A stretch of 64,000 nucleotides of DNA from an uncultured virus (IMG/VR IMGVR_UViG_3300038314_001498) (IMGVR_UViG_3300038314_001498), one strand, 5' to 3'; shown: positions 1 through 9,525, counted from the stretch's first letter. Notes: generated by a model from the sequence alone, not told the origin. Made by a program: numbers and translations.

Positions 1-6
1 TGGTTT

Positions 7-213
7 TTAACCGTTTTCGTTTTCATAAAACCCAGATCCACTAATACACTTTTTGTAACCCATGGCAGTAGCTACACAATCTGTTCTACTAAACTCTGGG
101 TGTATCTCTTTGATGCCAAATGCCTTTTTGTAAACAATTAGCTGGTCGTCTGGATTCATTTCGTCAAAAATCTGCTCTATTTGGGTTGGTCCTAAGTATC
201 TCATAGTAATCAT
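7..213 (-). CDS. hypothetical phage protein
   Basis: 68 aa ORF overlapping 210..653 in a coupled minus-strand run. Confidence 0.55.
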   Translation of the reverse strand: MITMRYLGPTQIEQIFDEMNPDDQLIVYKKAFGIKEIHPEFSRTDCVATAMGYKKCISGSGFYENENG

Positions 214-653
214 TTCTGTAGCGTTAGTTCTTTTCCAGTGAGTGCGAAAATTAGATTCTGAAATTGATGCACATATTCTACGTGAGTATAAGTGTGCATA
301 ATTTTAAACCAAAACCCATTACTATCTGCCCAAAACTCTTTTCCATCGTATTCAAAAGACGCGTCTATTAAACTTTGTGATGTTTTTTTAAAGTGGTTGA
401 AGCAATCATCATACTCACCTTTTCCATGCTCAAAAATCGGGTCTTCGTTAGTCGGCATTTCCATACCAAAATCAACAAGCCATTGTTCGGTTAGAGGGAT
501 TGGTTTATATTCCCAATCTTCACTTCCTTGATACAAGTCTTTTAAATGATGTATATTACAATCTTCAACTGTCCAGTCTCTAGCTTCCGGTACTATACTC
601 TCAGTATTTCTAACAAGTATTTTATTCCCTATTCTTAATTCGCTCGGACTCAT
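210..653 (-). CDS. conserved flavobacterial phage hypothetical protein
   Basis: ELRIGN...PIPLTEQWL...YVHQFQNLIFALTGKEL pattern, recalled as typical of a Bacteroidota phage family. Confidence 0.7.
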   Translation of the reverse strand: MSPSELRIGNKILVRNTESIVPEARDWTVEDCNIHHLKDLYQGSEDWEYKPIPLTEQWLVDFGMEMPTNEDPIFEHGKGEYDDCFNHFKKTSQSLIDASFEYDGKEFWADSNGFWFKIMHTYTHVEYVHQFQNLIFALTGKELTLQK

Positions 654-1018
654 TTCGCAAAGTATTTTTCTTCCATAGACTTAACAAAATCATCTAAATC
701 AAGAGGCTTATTAGATTCCATGTCATTAGAGTAATCTTGCCACAACCTATTCCATCGCCTTACTTCTAATACAATTTCTTTAACCACACCTTCCTTAAAA
801 TCTAGTTTTGGTATTGGGATTTTATCTTCAGTATCTAAAACCAGTTTTATTTTATGATTTGAACCAAATCCAAATGGTTTATCTACATTAGTATTTACAC
901 TAATTTTTGTTCTCGAATAGTCGGAATCAATCGCATTTATTACATCTTCCTCAAATGTGTTTTCCGGTGTAAGTTCGATGGTAGATTTCCCATCGTTTAC
1001 TATTACAGTAGTTTTCAT
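650..1018 (-). CDS. hypothetical phage protein
   Basis: 122 aa ORF coupled to the next gene. Confidence 0.6.
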   Translation of the reverse strand: MKTTVIVNDGKSTIELTPENTFEEDVINAIDSDYSRTKISVNTNVDKPFGFGSNHKIKLVLDTEDKIPIPKLDFKEGVVKEIVLEVRRWNRLWQDYSNDMESNKPLDLDDFVKSMEEKYFAK

Positions 1019-1713
1019 CCGTTCTTATTTTTAATAATAGTTTTGTTCCCACTTCAAATGTAAACTATTTATACTTAACATACAAACTATTTTTTTCGCC
1101 GCGCCATCTTTTGACCCTATCATTACTTTTCACGCCTTTGGCGTTCGCGCGATTTTTTTTCCAACATATCTCATCAATACACCTCAAAAACACCCTTATT
1201 TTTACCATGAAAACACCTTAAATCATAAAATTATTATATCACGCACTAGTAACAAACATCATTTTATTATTATATTTACAACATTATGATTTGGATTATT
1301 CAAAATATCTGGACTAACGAAATAAAAGCTTTTAAATCTCTTACAGATGCCGCTTTTTACATGTCTGCTAACCATAATAGCATCCGTAATAAGTTTTCTA
1401 AAAATGCCTGTAATAAAGTAATAGTAAAGGATTGGGCTGTTTATCATAAAGAACTCGAATAGTTTTTTTATAGTCTATACGATGAGCTTTGGAAGAGAAT
1501 ACATAATAAACAGCATGGCCCGCATTTAGGAAACTGTTTTGTATTTGGGGGTGGGGTCTCTTTTTTCGTCTGGATCTTTAAACTTTTAGCTTTTTTCTGC
1601 TGGTCCTGAAGCAACTTATTTTAAACAACTCGCTTTTATCTGGTCGTGTTACGATTCAATATTTATTTACTATTTGCTTGTTATTCAGAAACTTACATTT
1701 TAAAACGTGGTTA

Positions 1714-1735
1714 TTTGTCAAACCATTGTCAAACA
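1714..1735 (+). repeat. tandem TTGTCAAAC pair (integrase arm-site-like)
   Basis: TTTGTCAAACC-ATTGTCAAACA; same motif as the pairs at 7486 and 7691. Confidence 0.6.
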
Positions 1736-2764
1736 TCTACAATAAAATAAGTAAACTCAATAGTTCAGAGCGTTTTAATTGTATTGTTTTCCTGGTTCTA
1801 GTGTTGGTATGCTTTAATTATTAAAGTTACAGATTGTAACAACTCAAAAACCGTTGAAAGTGTTGATTTTATTGTGCGTGCGTGCGTTGTTCAACTGAAC
1901 AGCAACACAAAAAAATTAAAGGTCAAGCGGTTAAATACTTTAAAATCTAAAGCAAAAGGTGTGTTTTACTTTAAAAATTAAAGTTGCAAAAAATACAAAA
2001 AGAAATAAAGTCTTTTTTTTGTTTTGTTTATTGTCTTGTATGTTGTTAGTCTCTTCTTTGGTGTTTGTTGGGCTCTGAGGTGGTCCGAGCGACTTAAGAT
2101 CTAAAATATTTTATTCTTTTTATTAACTATGTAGGCGCCAGAAAGTCACTATTTACGGTAGGTATAAATTTTATCTATAATAACAGTTATTCGTATTAAT
2201 AATAAGTATTAATATGATGCTAATTATTTATATTAAATATGTTACTTTTGACATATCTAATAATAATTAAAACAGCGACAAATGAAAACAATCGAACAAT
2301 TAACAGGTACAAAGGACATTAAGACAAATTTAATATGCTTCGTTCTTTTAAGCTTTGCAATAGTAGTATTATTTGCTTTTACGGTTTTAGCGTTTAGCAA
2401 TGGTTTAAAATCGTTTTAAGGCTATGTTACATTATTACATTATAGATGCGTTTCTTTTATTAGGTTGTTTGGTTGGGCTTCTCTTTTTGGTCCGAGCGAT
2501 TAACGAAGTAATAAAGAACGCCAAGGAATTAAAACGAATCAAAAACCAGTAAATTATAATATTATGAGCACATCAAAAATGAGTGAAAATTTTCACGAGT
2601 GGTTAAGCGAATGCCCTGTACAATGGTTCAGAGGCAGCGAAGAGAACGGATATATAAATTATTCGTTTGCAATCGATGAAGAAGAGTAAAACAAAAACGC
2701 CCAGCAACAGCGACGAAACCAGGCATTTAAATCAAAATTAATAAATCATTTAAAAATTAAGATC

Positions 2765-3199
2765 ATGACAAATTTAACAAAAACAAACGAAGAACTAAAA
2801 TCTTACAATGATTATTGTATAGAATTTATTAAAGACCATTTAGAAAATCACGAAGGACAACTTGTTTACGCTTGTGATTTAGGCAACGAACTAACCCAAG
2901 GAATAAATATTGACGGTTCAGCAACTTATTCTACTTACAAAGCAAAGGAATATTTAAAATTTTGGTGGGATGATGCCGCAAACTACTTTCAGTATGAAAA
3001 AGATAATTTTGGTCAAAACTTGCATAATCCTTTTGAAAGTCCAGAAGCTTATCATGTATGTATGATAATTGAAGGGGTTAACTCTTTATTATCTCAAGTT
3101 TCTTATATAGATAAGAAATGGAATGATAAAATTGAATTAACAGAAAAGAGAATCAAAAAAATAATTAAAGAAGTAGAAAATTTAGAAATATCTCTTTAA
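2765..3199 (+). CDS. acidic early protein, possible Ocr-like anti-restriction DNA mimic
   Basis: 144 aa acidic/aromatic protein with a DL..EL...YSTYKAKEYL pattern; first large gene of the early cluster. Confidence 0.45.
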   Translation: MTNLTKTNEELKSYNDYCIEFIKDHLENHEGQLVYACDLGNELTQGINIDGSATYSTYKAKEYLKFWWDDAANYFQYEKDNFGQNLHNPFESPEAYHVCMIIEGVNSLLSQVSYIDKKWNDKIELTEKRIKKIIKEVENLEISL

Positions 3200-3259
3200 T
3201 CAACCAACCTAAGCAAGTTATAAAAAGGCTTAATTTTTTAAACAGTAAAGCAAAATAAG

Positions 3260-3460
3260 ATGAATAAACAATTATCAAAAAACAAGTATTACAAGCAAGC
3301 ATACAACAACCCAGGACAGTATTATTTTAACGAGTTAGTAACAAAGTTAGAGACTGAAGAGGATCAAAAAACCGTAACAATGCTTTTAAACCTTTCAATA
3401 GGTGTTAAGGACGCCAAGAAAGACAAGCAAAACGGAACTTATAAATTCATAACAAACTAA
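3260..3460 (+). CDS. hypothetical early protein
   Basis: ORF in + strand early cluster. Confidence 0.55.
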   Translation: MNKQLSKNKYYKQAYNNPGQYYFNELVTKLETEEDQKTVTMLLNLSIGVKDAKKDKQNGTYKFITN

Positions 3461-3464
3461 AACC

Positions 3465-3674
3465 ATGGAAACATTACATAGAAGATTTAAAATACTCTAC
3501 TTCTTAATGCAAGAAGCAGGATTTTTAGGAGGCGAAAAAGAACAACAAATCGAAGAACTTGCAAACCGTATCGACGACCAGGATCCACAAGCTGAAGAAG
3601 CTTTAACCTTTTACGAGGACCAAGTAATTAAAGCCCTTGAAGTAGACGACCAAGGAGAAACTTTTGAAGACTAA
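3465..3674 (+). CDS. acidic hypothetical early protein
   Basis: 69 aa D/E-rich ORF. Confidence 0.55.
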   Translation: METLHRRFKILYFLMQEAGFLGGEKEQQIEELANRIDDQDPQAEEALTFYEDQVIKALEVDDQGETFED

Positions 3675-4293
3675 AACCAAACAGCCTTATTCTATTTTAA
3701 TGATAGTACGCAGCGAAGCAAATAAGGCAACTAATATTAATTAAATACAAACAAAATCTTCAAAACGTCACAACATTTTTAAGACACTCAGAAGACCGTA
3801 TTGAAGTTAAAAATGGCGAAACTGTAAATATTGATATTTACCAAAACGGAAATCTTATTTTTTCAGGTGACAAATATAAGTTATTTGAAAAACTAATAGA
3901 CAACACAGAAACCGAAGAAGATTTATCTAGCTTCATGTATGGAGTAGATAATAACTAATAAAAAGTAAAGCCATGCAAAAAATAGATCAAGACTTAAACA
4001 CCATAAGCCAGATATTTAAACTTGGCAAGGTTACATCATGGGAATCAAAACCATGCGACAAAGAAGGTTTTGACGTTGTTCATTTCAACACCGAGAAAAA
4101 ACATCATTTAAAGTATTACTACAAACCAAAGCAAACAGCTTAGCAAAATGAAAACAAAAGTAACAATAGAACGCCCAGGAGGCTTATGGTTAATAAACGG
4201 TAAGCGCTATAAAGAATGTAACTTCAGCGAGAAGATGTATTTTAACCTTTACATAAGCAGCCACAGAAATAACGAGATACTAAAGCCAGCGTC

Positions 4294-4524
4294 ATGATTA
4301 GTACAGAAACCAAAACAATAAACCAACGCATACAAGAATTTGTTGTAGAAAAACGAACAGCGTTAGGTATGAGCCAAACAGATCTAGCAGTAGCTATATT
4401 TCAAGACAAAAACCGCCAGGACTTCATAAGCAAGTTAGAAAGCGGAAAGAGAGATATAAACCTAAGAACACTAGGTAAAATATTAAAAGCCCTTAAAGCA
4501 GATATTACAATTGTCGAGTTTTAA
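4294..4524 (+). CDS. XRE-family HTH regulator
   Basis: RTALGMSQTDLA...ISKLESGKRDINLRTLGKILKAL is an HTH_3 signature. Confidence 0.9.
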   Translation: MISTETKTINQRIQEFVVEKRTALGMSQTDLAVAIFQDKNRQDFISKLESGKRDINLRTLGKILKALKADITIVEF

Positions 4525-4535
4525 ATTTAACACAC

Positions 4536-4721
4536 ATGAACGCAATAGACGAAGAATTAAGATATAGAGAAGTTATATCAAAATCAATCAAATCATTAAG
4601 TAAAGTAAAGCCAAAGTTTGAACGCAAAATAACAGTTTTATATGGTGGAAATCCTTACAAGGTAGAAACCAACCTAAGTGATGAAGAACTAAAAGAATAT
4701 AACATGGTGCCAATCCACTAA
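4536..4721 (+). CDS. hypothetical protein
   Basis: ORF followed by a terminator-like hairpin. Confidence 0.5.
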   Translation: MNAIDEELRYREVISKSIKSLSKVKPKFERKITVLYGGNPYKVETNLSDEELKEYNMVPIH

Positions 4722-4727
4722 AAAACA

Positions 4728-4755
4728 AAATCCCTGCAATTAGTAGGGATTTTTT
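4728..4755 (+). terminator. intrinsic terminator
   Basis: AAATCCCTGC-AATTA-GTAGGGATTT hairpin plus T run. Confidence 0.6.
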
Positions 4756-4787
4756 ATATTAGCGTATTAACTAAGCTAATAAACACC

Positions 4788-4994
4788 ATGAAAGCACCAA
4801 CAGTAGAGCAAATTATTATCGTTATACTCATTGCATTACTTTACTTCTCTTACAACTCAGATAAGGGCTATAGGTACCAAGCGATTGACACTTTTAAAGT
4901 CTTTGATAAAAAAACAGGCATCTATTACGACATGGACGGCAAACTCGACTTAATAAATAACACGTACACCAAGCAACCAGTAAAGCAAAATTAA
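4788..4994 (+). CDS. small membrane-anchored protein
   Basis: N-terminal hydrophobic helix. Confidence 0.55.
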   Translation: MKAPTVEQIIIVILIALLYFSYNSDKGYRYQAIDTFKVFDKKTGIYYDMDGKLDLINNTYTKQPVKQN

Positions 4995-5362
4995 AGCCTA
5001 TCCTGCTTTAAATGATCCAAAACCTCACTAAGTAAGTCTTTTATATCTTTTAGAGTTTGAGGCACGTCGTTATACGTTGGTCCTTTTGTATTAAGGAAAT
5101 TCGCTTGGCCTACCGAAGTACCTCGGTCTAAAATAATAGGCTCTTGTCCTCTGGTTAAATACAAAAAGTTAAGCTGAGGGTAAACATCTACAGCCTTATT
5201 TGCCATTTCAGTACTAATACCATTCACACCATTTAATACGTGATAGATAGTTGCGCTGCTCTTATATTCAAGTTTCCGAGCAAACTTATTAGCACTAACA
5301 TCTAGTGCTTCAAGTACGTTTGCTAGAATTACATCGTCTGTTAGTTTGTTTTCTGTTCCCAT
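4991..5362 (-). CDS. HTH transcriptional regulator (repressor-like)
   Basis: SANKFARKLEY..ATIYHVLNG...LNFLYLTRG, a flavobacterial CI-like N-domain. Confidence 0.75.
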   Translation of the reverse strand: MGTENKLTDDVILANVLEALDVSANKFARKLEYKSSATIYHVLNGVNGISTEMANKAVDVYPQLNFLYLTRGQEPIILDRGTSVGQANFLNTKGPTYNDVPQTLKDIKDLLSEVLDHLKQDRL

Positions 5363-5373
5363 GGTTAATTTAG

Positions 5374-5577
5374 TTAGTTTTTATCTAATATTTTTAGTTG
5401 TTCTTCAGTTAAAGAAGAACCATATTTTTTTAATATCTCATCTTTGGTTAAATATTCTTCTGTTTTTAGATTCATTAAAAAATCTGTTACCGCGAAAGAA
5501 GTATTAAAACTAACTTCGCCTTTGTCACAAATATCACTATGAACTTGCTTTAATAATTTGATTGCTGTATTTTCCAT
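5374..5577 (-). CDS. hypothetical protein
   Basis: ORF directly downstream of the integrase. Confidence 0.5.
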   Translation of the reverse strand: MENTAIKLLKQVHSDICDKGEVSFNTSFAVTDFLMNLKTEEYLTKDEILKKYGSSLTEEQLKILDKN

Positions 5578-5579
5578 AA

Positions 5580-6851
5580 CTAACTATAAATTTTATCCCA
5601 ATACTGTTTTAATTCTACGGCATGCTGCCTGTTACTCTTCTTAATGTAATGAAGCATCATGTCCTCTTTGGTCCAACCGCAAACACCCATTATAACGCTG
5701 TTAGGTATTTTACCGTAGTGCATCGTTGCAAAACTTCTACGTCCTATATGGCTTGTTATAAGCTTCCATTTTGGGTACATTCCTATAACCTTGCGTTTTT
5801 TATCCTTGTCATAGATACCACCTTTCATAAGCTCATTAAACTTCAATTCCTTGCAAATATCCTTAATGTACTTGTTAAACTTCTGGTCGCTTATCTTCTC
5901 TGGTAGTTTACCCTTGCGATTTATCAATATACGCTTTACATGAGGATGCACAGGTATAACAACTTTCGTTTTGGTCTTCTGTGTAGTCACTTCTATAAAA
6001 TCATCTATAAAGTTACTAATATCCAACTGACCTAAAAAATCCGAAACCCTTAATCCAGTCCAACATGCAATAATAAGATTATCCCTTACGTTTTCCAACG
6101 TTTTGTTACCTTTTAGATCCGCATTAAAAATCTTCTCAAGCTCTTCCTCGTTAAAATAAGGCTCTTTTAATGGTTCTGCTTTAGGTACATATACTTTCTG
6201 TTTAAAAGCATTGTTAACACTCATGTTAAGCTCTTCTGCCCTAAATAAAAAGAACTTAAAACGGCTTATGTGTCTTTGTATGGTTTTACTAGCATAACTC
6301 TGCTCTGCTAAGTGTTTTACAAATTCAGTGATATGTCGAGCTGTAACATCCTTTATACGTAGCTTATTTCTACCCTCAAAGTCCTCAACCATACCAATAA
6401 ACGATAAGTATTTACCTTGTTCACGCTCATTCATGTAGCTACTAGCATTAACTAAATAATCTGGTGACTTCTCTTTTATCCACCACCGAGCAAAATCGGT
6501 ATAGTAAATCTTATGTTTAGGAATCTTACCTTTTTTCTCTTGCTTTGGTCGGCTAAAAAAGTTGTTACACGTATTAGATAACCAGGTAACATCTATAATT
6601 TCACCAGCCATAAAAGCTTTGTTAAATTCGTCTGGTATATGCAGTTTAAGATGCGCTAAATTTCTGTTAATCTCATCTCTATTGCGTACTTCAATAACAT
6701 TTCTAATCTTCTGGTTTTTGGCATCCCAAAACTTCGGATCAATACAAATAGGCAAAACGGTAGTAATATTGTAAGCTCTACCGTTAGAGAATCTAACATA
6801 CAAGTTAGCTGCATTGCTTTTGGATCTTAATAAGTAGTTTATTGTCGCCAT
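5580..6851 (-). CDS. int: phage tyrosine integrase (arm-binding, SAM-like and catalytic domains)
   Basis: TGLRVSD, KTK, SHIGRRSFAT, GW...HY catalytic residues; 423 aa Bacteroidota-type integrase next to attP. Confidence 0.95.
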   Translation of the reverse strand: MATINYLLRSKSNAANLYVRFSNGRAYNITTVLPICIDPKFWDAKNQKIRNVIEVRNRDEINRNLAHLKLHIPDEFNKAFMAGEIIDVTWLSNTCNNFFSRPKQEKKGKIPKHKIYYTDFARWWIKEKSPDYLVNASSYMNEREQGKYLSFIGMVEDFEGRNKLRIKDVTARHITEFVKHLAEQSYASKTIQRHISRFKFFLFRAEELNMSVNNAFKQKVYVPKAEPLKEPYFNEEELEKIFNADLKGNKTLENVRDNLIIACWTGLRVSDFLGQLDISNFIDDFIEVTTQKTKTKVVIPVHPHVKRILINRKGKLPEKISDQKFNKYIKDICKELKFNELMKGGIYDKDKKRKVIGMYPKWKLITSHIGRRSFATMHYGKIPNSVIMGVCGWTKEDMMLHYIKKSNRQHAVELKQYWDKIYS

Positions 6852-6967
6852 TTTTAAATTTTAATTAATACAGTTTTTTAGATGCAATTTTGTATAAACT
6901 CATGTCTTATGTATTGATTTTACTGGTATTATTGATATATAATAGTTGTATGCAATTTGTTTTTATG

Positions 6968-7111
6968 TCATTGCTTTAACCATTCTTTTGGTATTCTCAA
7001 ACAACTTTTACACATAGGTTTACTTCCGCAAGTAACACAAACAAACTGTTCACTTCGCTTACTTTTGTCTTTAAAATACATTGGTCTGTATCCATTAGGT
7101 TTATTTACCAT
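6968..7111 (-). CDS. 47 aa Cys-rich peptide (CxxC...CxxC) in the orphan cassette
   Basis: MVNKPNGYRP...CVTCGSKPMCKSCL, translated by eye. Confidence 0.45.
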   Translation of the reverse strand: MVNKPNGYRPMYFKDKSKRSEQFVCVTCGSKPMCKSCLRIPKEWLKQ

Positions 7112-7167
7112 AATTCAAAATTTATTTATTATTAATCGCTTCGTCATACAACAATGTATAACAAAAA

Positions 7168-7392
7168 TTAAAGTTTGTTTAATTCTTTATTTACGTCTTG
7201 GTAGTAATTAAATAATTCCAAACTTTTGTTGCTGTTTAATTGTATTAGTTCAACTTGTAGTATTTCTACACAAAGCAGAGCAGAAGTTAATGCTATTCTT
7301 TTTTTACCATATCCTTCAACTCTTGAAATCATAGTTTTACCATAAAAATCTCGGTACAACTGCTCTGCTTTTTCTTTCGGTTTTAATTCCAT
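7168..7392 (-). CDS. hypothetical phage protein inside an attC-like loop
   Basis: PKEKAEQLY...ALLCVE...YYQDVNKELNKL pattern; lies between the stem arms. Confidence 0.7.
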   Translation of the reverse strand: MELKPKEKAEQLYRDFYGKTMISRVEGYGKKRIALTSALLCVEILQVELIQLNSNKSLELFNYYQDVNKELNKL

Positions 7393-7485
7393 AATTATTG
7401 CTTATTTATCTTTAACTTTTGTTATACAAATCCGTTGTGAGTCATTGCACAAGTGACGTAAATCAGCCTTTTAAAATTTAGATGT

Positions 7486-7712
7486 TTTGTCAAACATTTG
7501 TCAAACATATATTATAGCAATATAAGTTTATTTCACTTCAAATATAGATAATTTACATCAAAAACAAACACTTAATTATATTTTTAACATAAATAGTCTT
7601 ATTTAAGATATAAAATTGAATCCTGTCGCGATCACTTTTTAAATCCGTAACACATATAAAACCAAAGTGTTACGGATTTTTTATTAGGTTTTTGTCAAAC
7701 ATTTGTCAAACA
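7486..7712 (+). other. attP: tRNA 3'-end core GAATCCTGTCGCGATCAC (7618-7635) flanked by TTTGTCAAACA x2 arm sites (7486-7507, 7691-7712)
   Basis: T-arm/acceptor-stem fragment, downstream hairpin 7641-7679, direct-repeat pairs on both sides, next to the integrase. Confidence 0.8.
7641..7682 (+). terminator. terminator-like hairpin after the tRNA fragment
   Basis: AAATCCGTAACAC...GTGTTACGGATTT followed by a T run. Confidence 0.65.
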
Positions 7713-7822
7713 TTAACAAGGGTTATTTAATCCTAAAAATGAAACATTTAGACATAAATAGCAATATTTAGTGTTAAAAAGTTTTTATATTTAAAAAAAA
7801 TATAACTACTTTGCCTTCCCCT

Positions 7823-8053
7823 TTAATTAATAGCCAATTTTATTATTTCAGCGTGAGTTGGAAAATATTTTGCAAGATCAATGTGTGGATATTCCTTTAA
7901 TAAACACAAAATAAAATCCTGCGAAATTTTGGCATCAGTTTTTAAGCCTTGCCATTTAGTAAATGTGTTTTTATTGTAGCCAGTAACTCTTACTAATTCC
8001 TTTGCGGTAAGTTTATTGTCTTTTAAAAATCTGTTAAAGCTAAATTCTTTCAT
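7823..8053 (-). CDS. small HTH regulator
   Basis: LTAKELVRVTGYNKNTFTKW is HTH-like. Confidence 0.6.
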   Translation of the reverse strand: MKEFSFNRFLKDNKLTAKELVRVTGYNKNTFTKWQGLKTDAKISQDFILCLLKEYPHIDLAKYFPTHAEIIKLAIN

Positions 8054-8075
8054 GCATCAAATTTAAAATAAAAAT

Positions 8076-8090
8076 TCCTATTAATTAGGA
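8076..8090. promoter_or_regulatory. palindromic operator TCCTAnTnAnTAGGA
   Basis: Also at 9511-9525; both copies are just upstream of HTH genes. Confidence 0.6.
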
Positions 8091-8211
8091 TTATAATTAA
8101 AAAATTTTATAAGTTTGTAAAGAAACAATCAGTTAACAACTATCAGACTATTAATATTATAGTAATCTATTAATCGTTAAATTTGTGTTATAACCTTAAA
8201 ACTTTAACACA

Positions 8212-8397
8212 ATGAAAAAGTTAATTTTACTATTTGCCATGTTAGGCTTAATTGTTAGTTGTGAGCCAGACAATTTAAACGAAAACTATGAAACAGCGAC
8301 AGATTTTATCGAACCAGAAGAAGAGTGCCCAGAGTGGGACCGATGCAACTGCAACGGACAAGTCGATTCAGAAGAATCACCAAACCCATGCGGTTAG
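8212..8397 (+). CDS. small acidic lipoprotein/secreted peptide
   Basis: MKKLILLFAMLGLIVSC lipobox with an acidic, Cys-rich mature part. Confidence 0.7.
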   Translation: MKKLILLFAMLGLIVSCEPDNLNENYETATDFIEPEEECPEWDRCNCNGQVDSEESPNPCG

Positions 8398-8956
8398 TAT
8401 CTATCTTGTAATACTATGCATAATTGCTTTTACAAGCCCTTTTTTGCATGTAGTATTAGATGTTAAAGGAATGGAAGGCTATCTTGGCTACAAGTATATG
8501 TCTTCCTTTCTTTTTGCTGCAGGAAACAGATTAAGCCTTATTTGTATAGGTATGTTATTCCTGTTTGCTTCTCAACAAGTTTTTAACGAATACCAAGCCA
8601 CTGTAAGATTTATAGCTTACAGCACATTATTTGTAGGCGCTTTTTTTGGTATTCAGATCCTTATACCAAAAGAAACTTTAGTAGAATGGTCTGGACAAAA
8701 GGACCTTCCAAAGCAGTTCTATTATGTAGGCATGATAATTGGAGGTATATTATCTGTTATTATATTAAAGTATTTTCAGTTTGCACTTCTACTAAGCGAA
8801 AAGAAATTACGTAAAATTATATACCTTTTAATGGATTCGTTGTATAACGGCCTTGAAGAAAAAAAACTTATCAACCCTTGGAAAGAAAAAGAATTTAAAA
8901 AACACCGTATTCATATTACGGACAAAATTGTAGAGTATGAGCAAGGAAAATTATAA
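8288..8956 (+). CDS. multi-pass membrane protein (true start may be downstream)
   Basis: About four hydrophobic helices. Confidence 0.7.
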   Translation: MKQRQILSNQKKSAQSGTDATATDKSIQKNHQTHAVSIYLVILCIIAFTSPFLHVVLDVKGMEGYLGYKYMSSFLFAAGNRLSLICIGMLFLFASQQVFNEYQATVRFIAYSTLFVGAFFGIQILIPKETLVEWSGQKDLPKQFYYVGMIIGGILSVIILKYFQFALLLSEKKLRKIIYLLMDSLYNGLEEKKLINPWKEKEFKKHRIHITDKIVEYEQGKL

Positions 8957-9131
8957 CGAAAAAGTAAAACGTTCTAGGCTCATCCCTAACAAATACAAAA
9001 AGAAATACAGTGACGATTACGAAGCGCTTAAAGAAGAATTAGAAGAATCTAAAACAGAACTAAATAACTGTATCACGAGATTATCTAAAAAACAAATACG
9101 AAAAATTAAAGCTTTTCTTTTAATAGCTTAA
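8937..9131 (+). CDS. hypothetical coiled-coil protein
   Basis: Overlaps the end of the membrane protein gene. Confidence 0.5.
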   Translation: MSKENYNEKVKRSRLIPNKYKKKYSDDYEALKEELEESKTELNNCITRLSKKQIRKIKAFLLIA

Positions 9132-9495
9132 GTGCAGCTACATTTACCATCTTATCAAACCAAAGGCCATAACTCTCATCCATTTCTAAAAGAGCGTTAT
9201 GGTTTTTATTTAGCACTACACCCAACTTACCTTCTTTAGCAAGATCCATTATACTACCATAACTTACATTAGGCTCGTTTACAATAGACGTATTACCCAT
9301 TAACCAATCATAAGTATAGTTTGGAAAGGCCTCATTAAGCTTTTTTGCCTGGCTAGGTTTTAAAGAAGTCTTATCACCATTTTTTATAGCGTAGTAAACC
9401 TTACTGGAAAAACCAGACTTATCATAGAATTCAGATAAGGACAAACCCTCATCAAAAATTATACGCTCTATACGTTTAAATAAATCCATATACAA
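9106..9495 (-). CDS. CI-like HTH repressor
   Basis: HTH N-domain ending YTYDWLMG plus VNEPNVSY linker; divergent from the lytic early operon. Confidence 0.7.
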   Translation of the reverse strand: MYMDLFKRIERIIFDEGLSLSEFYDKSGFSSKVYYAIKNGDKTSLKPSQAKKLNEAFPNYTYDWLMGNTSIVNEPNVSYGSIMDLAKEGKLGVVLNKNHNALLEMDESYGLWFDKMVNVAALKLLKEKL

Positions 9496-9510
9496 ACCTA
9501 CGTAATAAAA

Positions 9511-9525
9511 TCCTAATAAATAGGA
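9511..9525. promoter_or_regulatory. palindromic operator TCCTAATAAATAGGA
   Basis: Palindrome immediately upstream of the repressor gene. Confidence 0.6.

Larger units (their letters stand above)
6945..7436 (-). mobile_element. orphan integron-like unit (attC-like site plus cassette body)
   Basis: Minus strand: AACGGATTTGTATAACAAAA...TTTTGTTATACATTGTT then GTTGTATG...CATACAAC; same grammar as the 32.6-42.9 kb array. Confidence 0.8.

Noticed and set aside
1259..1447. 62 aa minus-strand ORF
   Set aside because: No recognisable features; lies in an AT-rich region that is probably non-coding.
7618..7635. Complete tRNA gene
   Set aside because: Only the 3' T-arm/acceptor fragment is present and upstream DNA is AT-rich; treated as the attP core.
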